From: Phoronis australis
Lineage: Eukaryota; Animalia; Phoronida
Assembly: GCA_002633005.1 (NCBI GenBank)
Contig: NMRA01000113.1
Location: 273,530 to 337,529, forward strand
Direction: 5' to 3'
Length of the DNA stretch: 64,000 nucleotides
Part shown: piece by piece, positions 35,925 through 49,700 of the stretch
Layout: each line of letters begins with the position of its first letter
How positions within the stretch are numbered: the first letter of the stretch is position 1
Position numbers and translations under genes: made by a program
Notes under the pieces: generated by a model
The model's input: only the letters and a program-made list of their open reading frames with translations
The model's database searches: none
Told to the model about the DNA's origin: nothing

Positions 35925-36276
35925 CTCTATGCCGTAATTTGTGTCAAAGAATCAGAGGTTGTGAATGGTTAAATCAATGGTGAATAAGACTGTCAATATA
36001 TAGTAGAAAAAGGATTGGTTAAAAATTACATTTTTTAATCAAAATGTAATTTGATTCACTCCAGTGCAAATTTTTATCAACGTGAACGTGATTATTTGAG
36101 TGAACGTCAAGTTTCCTGAAGTATTCCAACATGATTTCAAATTCACGCACGGCCACCACTCAAGCCTTTGATGCGCCGAGGAAGTCGCAGGACACTCTGG
36201 GGGTGAACATTGCGCGCTTTCTCAGTCTTCCACTGCGTGGAAGTCATCCTGTTGACGCCAAAATCGTAGTACCCAT

Positions 36277-38480
36277 CATGGAACCTATAGTATTATTAGA
36301 AGAGCAAAAAAAATGAAACTTAAAATAGGAACTTATTCAAAATGTTTAACCACAAACAGTCACAATTTCAAAAAGTTTTTTTTTTTTGACGGATCCCCAT
36401 ATTAGATGGTTCCAATTTAGAATACTACATAGAATTATTGTAACAAATACCTTTTTAGTCAAAATATGTGTTAGGGATTCTGATCTATGTTCCTTTTGTA
36501 ATAAAGCTCTAGAGACGCTGTCACACCTTTTTTGGGAATGTAGCTTTTTACAAGATTTCTTGAAGGAATTCGGAAAGCTACTTCAAAAGTGTGGCATTCA
36601 GCTTCCCAACTGTCTGTCTTACGATAGTGTTATTATTGGACTTTACAAGACGCATGATTTTCTATTTAACATTTTCCTTCTACTAGCTAAACAGTACATT
36701 TACAACGAGAGATGTCACAAAAATATACCTAATTTTCTCAAGTTCGTTACAAAAACTTATGAATACTATAATGCTGAAAATTTTAATGCACATAAAAACT
36801 TTGTATATGACAGCTTCTCTGCAAAATGGGAAAATTTTATTGTTCATGTTAACTTCATGTAGAAGATATTTACTTTAAACGAGATCGGATAATGGTCTTC
36901 CTGAGGTGTGCATGCGTGAATGAATGGTGTATTTATTTGTTCGTTTGTTTTTGTAATTGTTTGTAAATGATAATAAATACAAAAAAAAATCAAAAAGTTA
37001 ATTCATAGTGATTTCCGGATACCCGCATCCGCCGTGTGGATGCCCGGGGCCGTCGCCCCCAGCCGGCCCATCTGCGCGCAAGTACCGACATACCGGAGAC
37101 GAGGCAGTATGCCCATGGATTATCATTGGAAGCGCCTGCTATTGTTGCTAAGTTTGTTCTACGTTAGCTAATGACCTACCATAAGCCAGAACAGTTCGGA
37201 GCCGATAAGTCTCTGTTATTCGGGGGCACACTCAATCAATGAGCTATACAAAATTTTAATATTAATATAATTTATCTCATTGGACCACACTGGTTAACTG
37301 CTGGCGTGCGTTCAGTAGACGCTAGCGAACTGAACGGGAGGCCTTCACCAACAGATGACGCTTCGAAATTCATGTTTTGGCGCAGACGCATTCAGCTTGT
37401 TGATGGAGTCTTGAAAGTTGATGCCGACAGCTCTGCGGGGTGGTAGGTTTGTTAATTGTTGGTGTTTGACGTAGACAAGAAACGAATCATCTCATGTTGA
37501 TAATCAGGTGGATTTAAAATGAAATCTGCCTTTCTCGCTGGGCCAACCATTTCACTCTCGGTCATGTTGTGACATGCAACTTCCGGTAGGCAATTACTAG
37601 TACTAGTAGTGTAGTGTTCTACTTCTAGTACATCGCCCTGCCCTGGCTGCACAGGCGTACAGGGGCGATAGTACACCCCCATAAAAAGTTACTCATATCA
37701 GAGTGCAGCGAACAAAAGCGACTAAAAGATGCACTGGTCAGAGGAATCTCAGTGGAACGGATGCCCTAGCCACTAGCTCTTGAGAACTATCAAATTCACC
37801 ACGTAACATTTTTCATTTTTTGTTTTTGATCAGAATTTTTTTTTTGTAGTGCTGCATGGAACTTATAGTCCTAATTAGAAGAGCAAAAAAAGATGAAACA
37901 TAATATAGGAACTTAGCTCTTTGGCCACCATGAGCCAGAACAGTTCGGAGCCGTTCAGTCTCTGTTATATGATAATACGGGGCACACTCAATCAATGTTG
38001 AAAGCCTGCTTATTTTGAATGAATTCACCAATAGATGATGCTTCGAAATTCATCTTTTGGCGCAGACGCGTCTTGAAAGTTGATGCCGATCTGCTGACTG
38101 GTCTGCAAGGTAGTAGGTTTGTTAATAGTTGTTTGACGTAGACAAGAAACAAATCACCTCATGTTGATAATCAGGTGGATTTAAAATAAAATCTGCCTTT
38201 CTCACTGGGCCAAACATGGTGTTGTGACATCTAACTTCCGGTAGGCAATTACTAGTACATCGCCCTGCCGTGTCTGCAGGTACACCCCCATAAAAAGTTA
38301 CTCATCTCAAAGTACAGTGAATAAAATCGACTAAAAGATGAACTGGTCAGAGAAATCTCAGTGGAACGGATGCCCTAGGCACTAAACATGGTGTTACCAC
38401 TTAAATTAGATTACCAGTACTAAACAAATGTGTGCAAGATGCTCTTGAGTATTATCAAATTCATCACCTAACATTTTTGT
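36277..38480. repeat. Local tandem duplication upstream of PHKG
   Basis: Copy A (36277-36335 plus 37180-37815, interrupted) aligns with copy B (37855-38480); both contain AACTTCCGGTAGGC. Confidence 0.8.
36378..36989 (+). mobile_element. 5'-truncated L1/Tx1 LINE 3' end (zf-RVT region) with poly(A)
   Basis: WFQFRILHRII.TN..L.K....SDLCSFC....ETLSHLFWEC; AATAAA and A-tail; 10-bp TSD TCAAAAAGTT (36368-36377, 36990-36999). Confidence 0.85.
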
Positions 38481-40657
38481 TTTTGATTAAAAATTTGATT
38501 TATTTCTTAAACTTCATGTTTTTTCTATGCCTTTTATCTACACCAGGCAGAAAGTCCAACAAAGTTCTTATTAGGTGATTCAGACATCAACCAGCTAGCC
38601 TGCAGTTTTCAGAATTAATGCAATGATAGCCTAAGAACAACACTTGATGACCGTGAGATAATTTCATTTATTACTTCGAATTTCTTCCACTATTTAGTGA
38701 ATTATCTCCAAAGGGTTCCGGAACTGACATGATCCAGAAGTGACTCATTGACTGTACAGAGCCTGTGGATGCCGAAGGCGTATAGGCGATGACCCATTGG
38801 ATTGCTCAACTGATTTACTTTTTAATTGATTAAATCCTACATAATATGTATGGAAACAGTTACCTGATTGAACATTTTCTCAGCACTATCTTTTCACAGT
38901 TCTGACACCTTGGTTGTGACCCAAATGAGAATGCTCTACAAATTTGGCTTCTTGTATTGTCAAAAAAATGAAATAATATAGCAATTTTATATTTACAGTA
39001 TTAACTGAACAACAGTATCACAGCATGTCTGACGACCTACTTGTTATGCATATATATACCCTAAAACAGAAGGTTAAGTAATCATAGTTGCGTGGTGGTG
39101 TATTTGTGTTGAAATGATATATGTAGGTACGTCTGGTGGAGGATTGGTATATTTCATTTGATCCGTCATAAAGTAAAACAGCTAAGCGCCTCCAAACATG
39201 AAAAAGGTCGATTTGTGTTGTATTAGTCCTGTCCCAATTATTTGTATAGCTTCCTAAATGTGACTCATGTGTTCACTCTGGGTATGAGTTGTTCACACTA
39301 GATAACTGCACTTGATTATGACAGGGCTAATGGATGGGTCTGACCAGGTAAACAACAATAACAGAGCAAGTCCACTTCTGACATTGGAGTTCAGTCTTCG
39401 TTCTGCTACTGGTAGTCGCAGGTGGATTGATATCTTGTCTTGTCATCTGTTAACGGTTTGAAATTGTTGGAATTGTGTTCTGCTGTTCTGATGTTACTAA
39501 ACTTTACTGGACTTCTGATTCCTATTGTCATGTGAATGTTGCTTTTTGTTCGCTCATTAAAGTTATTATGACAGTTTTAATGTTTGATTAAATGTTGCAG
39601 TGTTATGGGTTTATCTTGGTTCTTAATTTACAACCATTGAGGAAACACAATGTCCATCTTGTTCTGTGCAGGTCATCCATGTTTGCTGAATGGATTTAAA
39701 GGACAAACCAAGAAATAGACCTTTTGCTGGGCAGTTAATGACATTGAACTTTTGTGGCATGGATAGTAAATACACCTCTTGGCAACAATAATTAATTCAA
39801 AAAAATGCCTCTCCAAGATAACCGGTGATCTGTATTTTTAGTATGGAACAGCGCTGTGTTCCCCTTTAAGGGCCAACACAGACAGAGAGCCATGTGCCTC
39901 GAATGCAAATGAGCTTGGGTCATACCTCATGTCTGTGGCAAAGTTAACCTTCAGGATTTTGCTTCCCAAAGTGGTGAGGCAAATGTCTCACTTGTTGGAT
40001 TTCTTTTATCTGGGGAACATACTAAATCTTCAAAGCATGCAGGCAAATAAACAAAGAGCTTATCAGATTACTTCTGGTATGCATCGAAAATTATTTATTC
40101 ACCTGCCAACAACAAATCTTTTTCGCTGGTTTATTTTAATTGTGTTGGTATATTGCCTTGTTATGTGTGGGTAACACTGAGGTGAGGTAATGTCACTTGA
40201 GGCACACTGTTCAGCTCTTAGCTGTCCCTCTGCGCTGGCAGTGAGGACTAAAGTGAACGAAGATGTATAACTAAAGCTATGATAAACCATGTTTGGTAGT
40301 TGTCAAAAAACTTCACTTCTGCTAATGCTTTGTGAAATGCATTCTTATCTTTTAATTGTATTGAGATTGGAATAATAGTAATTCCGTTAATGGCCATAAT
40401 GACTGCTTTCGCTGCTGAAGCTAACTTGCAACTTTTGGTTTAAGACCACACTTGCTGACGCCTTGGAATTACTTTCATGAGTTGTGTTTATACTGAAGGC
40501 ATGGGTTCATTGCGCCTTTAAGGGTTGATCTAGTGGAGGACTTCCTGTAACTAGATCTGTATTCAACAATATTGTGATTATGCAGTATTGTTATCGATTG
40601 TTTGGAATTCAATGTTCACTAATTGTTGTGTGCTTGTGTTGTAGGAGAACAATCCCA

Positions 40658-40749
40658 ATGATGGGCTACGATGAAACAGATGATCTGCCAGATAAAGATG
40701 AAGCCAAAGAGTTCTATGCAAAATATGAACCAAAGGAAGTGTTGGGAAG
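40658..40749 (+). CDS. PHKG: PHKG coding exon 1
   Basis: [31 protein letters not shown]|gt; acceptor AG ends at 40644, implying an upstream exon. Confidence 0.9.
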
Positions 40750-43700
40750 GTGGGTGTCCTGTGTTGGCGAACAAAAACGGGGGAAAGATTGCTGCTATGA
40801 GTGTTAACTAGTTGAGTTGGCGCTTATTGAATCTTTCCACTTTTTACAATTCTGAAGTAAGAATTATGTCATAAATGCAGGTCTAACTGTGACGTCACCA
40901 TCATCATTATCTAACTGTTGGGCTTATGGGCAAACAATGGGGGTCATGTAGCCCAAACACAGCTCAAATATCTTAACGGAATACTTGCTTCAAGTGTAAC
41001 AGCTCAGGTTTTTTTCATCTTTTGTTAACTGATTACTTTACACTCTTTGCAATGGCCCATATGTTCTTGTCATGCTTCCACAGTGCCCTACATCATTGAA
41101 AGATCAGTCACATGTTTCTTGTTCAAAGTCTCAGTGATCAACTGACCTTATTATGGGCATTAATTAGCACTGATAATAAAAACAGGTGATTAGGTTTGTT
41201 GAGAGGCGATTTGATACATTAGGAGGACAACTTTATCAGTGAGCATTAACCTGGGGTAATTGCATTTAAACAACTGTTCTGCTAATTTAAGAAATACAGA
41301 AAGTTTTGTTTGTGTTATCCTTGTGTTGCTCTGACGAGGAACATTAAAAAGTTAGCAACATCATGAACAACTTTTCTGTAGCTTTTTCCACAGCAAAACC
41401 AATCTCGTTAGTGGTGTTAAACCTACTCTGGAGTTCCGAATAGTAGTAGAGACAGCAATAATAGTATAGACTGGAAAATTTCACGATTTTTAATAATAGT
41501 AGAGACTCTAATAATAGTATAGACCCAACATTTTTGCCACTAGAAAAGTAGAATAATAGTATAGACCGGAAATGGTCGAAAAAAAATTAATAATAGTATA
41601 GAATGGAATAATGGTATAGACGGCAAATTTGTGGAAATTTAAACATAGTATAGACTGGAATAATAATATTGGTTACAAATTTAGGTAAAATCTAATAATG
41701 TTATAGAAGAGAATAATAATGCAAAACAGCAAATTCTTAGGAATAATGGTATAGACGGGAAATTTGTGGAAAATTAAAAATAATATAGACTGGAACAATA
41801 ACATTGATTACAAATTTGCGTAAAATGTAGTAACGGTAGATGGAAATAATAGGAAGTGCAAAATCTAATAATGATGTAGATGGGATTGGAATAATAATGC
41901 AAAGAAGCATATTCTGTCTGACTTACCACCGCTATAAGTAATTGTTTCAAAGAAAAACTTTTAAATTGAAAACTAGCATAGTTAAATTATTGCAGTGGTG
42001 TATCCACACATGCCATAACATAGTACAGTGAAGTGGAATAAAGTGTCATTGCTAAAACAAAGACCATTCGTTTATTCAATAACTTTAAATGGAAGTCTNN
42101 NNNNNNNNNNNNNNNNNNNNNNNNNNNNNNNNNNNNNNNNNNNNNNNNNNNNNNNNNNNNNNNNNNNNNNNNNNNNNNNNNNNNNNNNNNNNNNNNNNNN
42201 NNNNNNNNNNNNNNNNNNNNNNNNNNNNNNNNNNNNNNNNNNNNNNNNNNNNNNNNNNNNNNNNNNNNNNNNNNNNNNNNNNNNNNNNNNNNNNNNNNNN
42301 NNNNNNNNNNNNNNNNNNNNNNNNNNNNNNNNNNNNNNNNNNNNNNNNNNNNNNNNNNNNNNNNNNNNNNNNNNNNNNNNNNNNNNNNNNNNNNNNNNNN
42401 NNNNNNNNNNNNNNNNNNNNNNNNNNNNNNNNNNNNNNNNNNNNNNNNNNNNNNNNNNNNNNNNNNNNNNNNNNNNNNNNNNNNNNNNNNNNNNNNNNNN
42501 NNNNNNNNNNNNNNNNNNNNNNNNNNNNNNNNNNNNNNNNNNNNCGAACCCGTCCAAAATAACATTCTGGCCGTCCAACAGAAAGCCGCTGCGTAAACCG
42601 TTGCTTGGGAGTCCGATTATTTTACGCTTTGAAACGTACAGTTGTATATTTTGGCGAATAAAATCTTTTAATGTGTATGACATGCGACTTCCGTGTGTAA
42701 CGCGCAGTCGTATATAGCTCTTCTAAATTACGAAATCAGAACCTAGTGTCTCGTGGTCTAGATGTTTAGAGCGAAGACACAACATTTTACGGCCAAGGTA
42801 CGATACCCGGTGTCTATAGCTAAGTTTTGGAGTAACAAATTTGTAATGAATAAAACAAAAATTGAGAACTTGCTGAAACAAATAATCGTGGAGAGTGGAA
42901 AAAAGTTAGAAAATTAATAAACGTAGAGACCCGAATAAGCTTCGTATAGACCGGAAAACGAGTCTGAAAAAAATAATCGTATATATACGACTATTCGGAA
43001 CTCGAGAGTAGTTATTGCCTACTCGAGCACAACTGTTATCTTCAAGTGAAATTTAGTTTCTATCAAAAACCCCTGTGACAATGTATAAACTGTTTAACTG
43101 TAGTAGCCATAATGTGATAATAAATGTCATGCCTGGTGCTTTCATGAAACCCCCTGGTGGCAATTTTATTTCTGTGCCTTCGGAGTTCCTTAATGAATTT
43201 TCATGAAATTTGGCTAATAGGTCTCTGTTAAGAAGATGACCATGGCTTTCCATTTTCAGACAGATTTAAAAAGTTTTGAGGCTGTTTTTGTGCATTCTTC
43301 TTTCTATCTGCCAAACTGCTTGAAGGACCATTATGAAAAGTGGTAGATGTGTTCCTGATGAGGATTCCATGACTGACGGTCATTCTTGGATGGTTTCATT
43401 TACTCTGGTGCCCCGTAGTGGTGATTTTTGTTTTAACTCAGTGGCTGTATTTCCTTAAACCTTTGCAGGACCTCTGTGAAATTTGGCAGATTTTTTTCAA
43501 TGGAGCTGACAACTGATGATGACAAGTTTCAGACCAATATGACTACAGGTCCGTTCTCTAGAGACAATTTTTTAACGTTTTCCTTTGTATTTTCGCAGTT
43601 TCTTTGTTGGATTTTTGTTTTAAATTTAACAGTATATTAATAAAATGACGATGTCTTCCCATTTTTTAACATATTGGTCGTGTTATTTGCCACATGGAGG

Positions 43701-46700
43701 CTGTATTTTGGTATTTGCCTATTCATCTGCCAAACCTCTCAAAAGGTCATTATGAAACTTGGTTAATGCGTTATCATTGGTGACATTGATTTTTGCATGG
43801 GTCTGACAGCTGTGTCCTGGTGATAATTTTGTCGAATTTGCATCCATGGCTATATCTCCTTAATTCTGTGCAGGATCTTTGTGTCATTTGGAAATGTTTT
43901 CCTATCAATCTTGCAATGACTGCCCGTGACTCCTCGACGGCACTGTCTAACGATGTGACCTCCAGTGCAAATGTACTTTCTGTGTTTGCCTCAGTATCTT
44001 CAGAGTTCCTTGGTGGTTTTTCATGAAATTTGATGAACAAGTTTCTATTATCAATAAATCAACATTTTTACATTTGGGATGGATTTGATGTATTCCGCAC
44101 CACCTAGTGGCCAGTTTTGTTGTTTTCATTTTTTTGTCATCTGCCTCAGTATCCGCCAAACCGGTGAGAAGATAATTATGAAATTCAAGAATTTCATTTT
44201 AGGCATTGCTGTCATTTTTCAAGTGCATTATGGTGCTCGCAAACATTCGATGACATCATAGAAACTTGGTAATTTTGTAAAAAATATGACGGAAAACATC
44301 CCTTGTCACTTGAGCTCACCATAATTAAAAGCACGGTTCACTGCAACAGGCTTTTTGATGCAAGTATGACGAAACAACAATCATATAAGAACAAAAAATT
44401 GAAGCGAACTACTAATGCATGAAAGATTCTTGAGGCATCATCCAATCATGCTTAAGTTAAATCTCACCACCTAAGACACCAGACCTGCGTTCCGTAGACC
44501 CAAGAAATTTACGAAAATACAAAATTATTACAAGGAAAGTACGTGATTACTCTAGCTTCACTCTCTAAATTCTTAATCTATGGAACAACTCTCAGGTTTA
44601 TACGTGCTACCAAGTTTTCAGTGATGTCAGTGGATGTTTACAAGCTGACATCTCTCCCACAATGCATTTGAAAAACGACCACCAAAGCCGGTAGTGAGGA
44701 AGTTTTGTCGTAAATGAAATTTCTTATATATTTTAGCCTGCTAGGATCACGGATTTAATTTCTTGGTTGTAATTGGTTGTCGTATTGTGTTTGTCAGGGG
44801 GGTGAGTAGTACGGTTCGGCGGTGCGTGGAGAAGACCACTAACAAGGAATACGCTGTGAAAATCATTGACATTAGTACAGAGAAGATGTCAGAACACCAG
44901 GCCAGTGAACTCTATACGTCAACAAAGAAAGAGGTGACCATACTCAAGGAATGTGCAGGACACAAGCATATTAGTAAGTGACCGAGTGAGCACAGTCACT
45001 AATTGTATGTGTAGTAATTAGCAAGAGCAGCTGTAAATACACACTGTTATGGCTTCACTAATTATTATTAGACTGCACACAATGTTTTTGTTACTGTTGC
45101 AGCATTGTTAGTATGTCTGCTGTGATATCCGCTGAATATTGTATTCTGTACAATATGAATTTATTGAAATAAACATAGAGCAGATACTGGTTTATGTAAG
45201 AAATGGATAATTTTACTATACGAAACAACAGGTTGTGTGCTTCTCTACTCCACTTTGCTTTGGATTTCAATTTTTAGGCATCCTTGTATTTATATGCATA
45301 TCTCTGGAGTATGTTAACAGATTTTCATGAAATTTCATGCAGATGTTTATAAGAGAGCCAACAACACTGTCCCATTGTCGGATGGATTTGACTTATTTTT
45401 CCTCACCTTTTGGTCATTAATTATTATTTTTTTGAGTTTTTGATATCCGCCTCTAACTTAAAGATCATTACGAAAACTGACATATGATATGTGTTTCTTT
45501 TGGGAAATGCATGGCTGATGGTGACTTGGACAGGTCTGACTGCTGTGGTGCCCTCTAATGGCAATTTTTTCTTTGATTCAATTTCTACTAAGTTCCTCGA
45601 TGGTTCTTCATTGTGTTTTTATTGAGAATTGAATTTGGGTCAAATCCTGCTACTGTGGCAGTAGTTTTGTTTTTCTTTGCGTTTATCTCAATATCTAACG
45701 ATTTCCTTGGTGAATGTTCATGAAATTTGGCAAATAAATTAATATCATGTGAACGACAGCACATTAGCCTTGTTTCAGTTAGATTTGACATTCATTTTGC
45801 CTTTTTATTGTTTTTTTCTTAAGTTATTTGTTGTCTGCCTCCCTATCCGGCCCCTAGAGCAGTACTGTAGTGGTAAAATTAGAGGTAAGTAGGCGCCAAA
45901 AGCCCACCACATCACCTTGAGCACTGAACGTAACTTACGGTGCATAGGCAATACGTTCAAATGCCAAAAGGTGGTTGGCTGCGCCTACATGCACCTATGC
46001 CCCACTACAGCACTGCCCTAGAGGCTATTATAAATTTACTACCTTTGCTCCCTGTAATGGCAATATTTAAAATATTGATATTCCCTTGTATCAATACTGC
46101 TCTTGGGGAATATGTTGTGATTCTATATATTCATGATTTTAATATTAATAGTTACAATATTTATTTCCTTTCAGTTGAGCTACATGATGCGTTTAAAAGC
46201 CCGACATTTTTTTTCCTAGTATTTGAGCTGTGAGTATTATTGCCCTGCATATCATTTTAGTTAAAAGGACAATGTGCAAAATGCAAACTGAAATTCCAAA
46301 TTTTGCTCAAAATCTCATTTCCAATATAGAAACCAAAATTCAGTATCATATTTCTATCGTGCAAAATGAAAATTGAAAATCTGAGTTTTGCTCAATTCGT
46401 TTTTCGTGAAATGTGAATTGTAGGAACCGTGTTTCACCTTCATTATCGGTTCTCAGCCTTCTGAGTCAAAAGTGGACATGATAACAGAACGCTGCATGAT
46501 GCCAGAAGTATCCATTAATGTATCAAAGTATTACTAACAAGGGAACAAGTTTTTTCTTGGACACATCAAACTTCACTTAGGTGTTAAATGACACTGACAT
46601 TGAAAAACTACTTTGACGACTAACCAAGACAAAGACCCAAGTGCGTTCACACAAATGAACTGAATATAGATTGCACTGCTGTTCGAGGATGTTCATGGTG

Positions 46701-49700
46701 GAATCATGCATTTCGTTAGCTGCGGTCTCTTGTGGTAGCCACACCTACTACCCATGTCAGAAAAGATAAAATAGCAATTTTGGGGTGTTCAATGGATAAA
46801 AGAATCTTGTGAAAAAGAAAATCATGCAAGAGCACTCAAAATCACGGGAGTGAACGACAAATGTTTTATGAGTTTGCTCAAATCATGGCGGACATTCAAA
46901 TCAAAGCAATTTCATTGGTACCCCAACGCAATTGCCTGTTCTGGTAGCCATGTTGACTGTACTGAGGGAGGAGAAGTGGGTCGTATTGATGTGATATGAC
47001 AATACTGTGACTGACTTGACATGTCACGACACTTATGAACTTGATTGTATTCTTAGACGGCTTTTAGTTTTTCAATTTTGGCTTTGCATATTGGAAGTGG
47101 GATACTAAACGAAAATTGAATTTTCAATTTTTATTTTGCTTTTAAAATTGAATTAACTGAAGGTACTGTGATTATTGTCTTTAGTGTGTTTAAATCTCAC
47201 TATAATGGAACCCTTTATTAAATTGACTTTATTTAGTTGTATAAGGTAGATTGTCTCTCATGTGAAGTATATTGCACATTCGTTGTTATTCAGGTGCACC
47301 AAAGGGGAACTATTTGACTTTTTAACCCAAGTGGTTGCTCTATCTGAGAAGCGAACACGATTGATAATGAGACAACTACTGGAAGCTGTTGAATTCATAC
47401 ATGAAAAGGGTATTGTTCATCGAGATCTCAAGGTTTGTGGTATTTACTTGGAGTACAACACTGTAAGCGGTGGGAGTTAAAGTATACCAAAGTACTGAAA
47501 GCTGCTGGAAAATATATTGATGGCATGATCTTTTAGTTGACATCTGTGTGGCTAATGCAGGAGTGTTGCCAAGCAGACCTTATCTGAGCTGCATCCTGTT
47601 GTCAGTTTTAGTATTCTGTTTTTTGTTCTTTGGTGTCTCCCACTCTGAAAAAATACTTGGTGTTTTCAAGAAGTTAGGCAGATATGTAGCAGAATCATAC
47701 ATGTAAGCTTTCTTTCTCAAAATCTTTTAATACCTATCATAATCTTTTAGATTTCGACAATGCCTCCATAAAATCTGTTCCCAACATGTTATCATTGTCC
47801 AACTTTTTACTCTGCAGCCTGAAAACATTCTTCTTGATGAAGAAAAAAATGTGAAGTTGTCAGATTTTGGGTTTGCAACGTTCATCAAAGAAGACACGCA
47901 ACTACAAGGTTAGTATAGCAGCTCGATGATGTGAAATAAGCCTAACCAACAGGTGGCTTCACAGTGACATTTGTAATCACTGTCTGATCAACAGGGAGCA
48001 TCACTGTAACATCTGTAATCACTGTCTGGTCAACAGGGAGCATCACTGTTACATCTGTAATCACTGTCTGATATGACATTGATGAGCCACTATTTAACTG
48101 TGCGAGTGTTACTCTTTGGCGCACACATTGAAATTGTCTTCCACACTGCAGTTAAATCTTGGGTGCGTCTTGCTCAAGTCTGTGGCCTAACAAACTAGTT
48201 ATGAACTCGGGCTATCTTCCTTAATTTCCTATTACGATCGCCACTAATTGGTTGTTCATTCCACTGTGCAGATCTGTGTGGTACACCGGGATACTTTGCT
48301 CCAGAAATGTTACAAGCCAATATGTTTGATTCAGCACCCGGGTATGGACGGCAGGTTGACATGTAAGTGTATTAAATAGTGAAAGCGAGAAGTGTTTTTT
48401 TTCCTCGTATACATAAATCTTTTTATCCATCAGCCTATGATATACCATTGACTTTTGCCATAAATTTAAGGAACAACAAATATCTGACCACTTTTATACA
48501 TAGTACACAATCATATAATTCCTTGAGTTAATGTCTAGGACTTTGGGTTTATATTTACTGTATTTTATTTTTATGTACAGTTAAATTAACAATCCCTTAA
48601 AGCTTTTTCCTGTTTATTTGCAAGGCAAGCAATTGTCAAAAACATGGTTTTGTGTCTCTTTTTATTTCGTTCTGTTTTCTTACAGGTGGGCATGTGGAGT
48701 TATAATGTATACATTGTAAGTATTGGCGGTTTTGTAATTCTTGCTTTAGTCATATTGATAAATTTAGGATGCACATCTTTCTAAAAGCTACCAGTTAACC
48801 AATGACAGTTGCCCAGAAGATGTACACTGCAAAGGCCTGTTGGCACTCGTGTGGGAGTATTGAGGGTACAGTGTATGTTTCCATGGCGACTGAATATGGA
48901 TAGTGCAAGGTAAAAATTACACTTTAGAAAAAATGGAATGTGTTTATGTTCACGTGCCTGTGAATTATTTAAACACAAGAATGCAGGCATTCTCTTCGTC
49001 TCACCTTTTTATGCAAATGACCACCTGTGCATAACTTATTTACAGCTTGAAAGTTTTACCCTTGGGCATTGGGCTATTAAGACCAAAAGGTGCTCATTTC
49101 CACATCAACGCCCTGGGTCTTATTTCTTTACAATCATCATTACAAGTGCAATGTGCACTTCACACTGACCATAAGATGCTGTACTTGTTAACTACAATTA
49201 ATTACGTTGGTGAAACTATCTGCATTATAACCCGAGTGAATGATCCAAGAGGTCATGTGACAACAACTGTCAATTACATGACTTGGTAGCGGCTGCAGAA
49301 TAAGGGTTTTATTAGTGATTGCAAACATGTTCTGTTGTTTAGGCTTGTTGGGTGTCCACCATTTTGGCATCGCAAACAAATGATGATGATCCGTGCCATC
49401 ATGAATGGCTGGTATACCTTTGATAGTCCTGAGTGGGATGACATTAGTGAATCAGCCAAAGATATTGTAAGTATTTAAATTAGTTATTTGGGGAGAATTT
49501 TTAGATGTCAGGCAGTTTATGTAATATGATTGAATCGTATCTTTCGTAGTTTGGGCCTCTTGTGGTCTTGTCGTTTTTCATGTTATATATGGGGCATATT
49601 GTTAACCTCACTGTGATGATGTCTGGTGTCTGACATTCACTGTTGTATCTCCTCAGTTCCTTGAAGAGTTTGAAAAATATTTGTGTTGCCTCTTGCCAAT

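Noticed and set aside
41460-41900. Spaced ATAATAGTATAGAC repeats resembling a CRISPR array
   Set aside because: Degenerate units with related spacers inside a eukaryotic TIR element; no cas genes.
41987-42717. Long ORFs spanning N-runs (also 52553-53111)
   Set aside because: Artefacts of assembly gaps.
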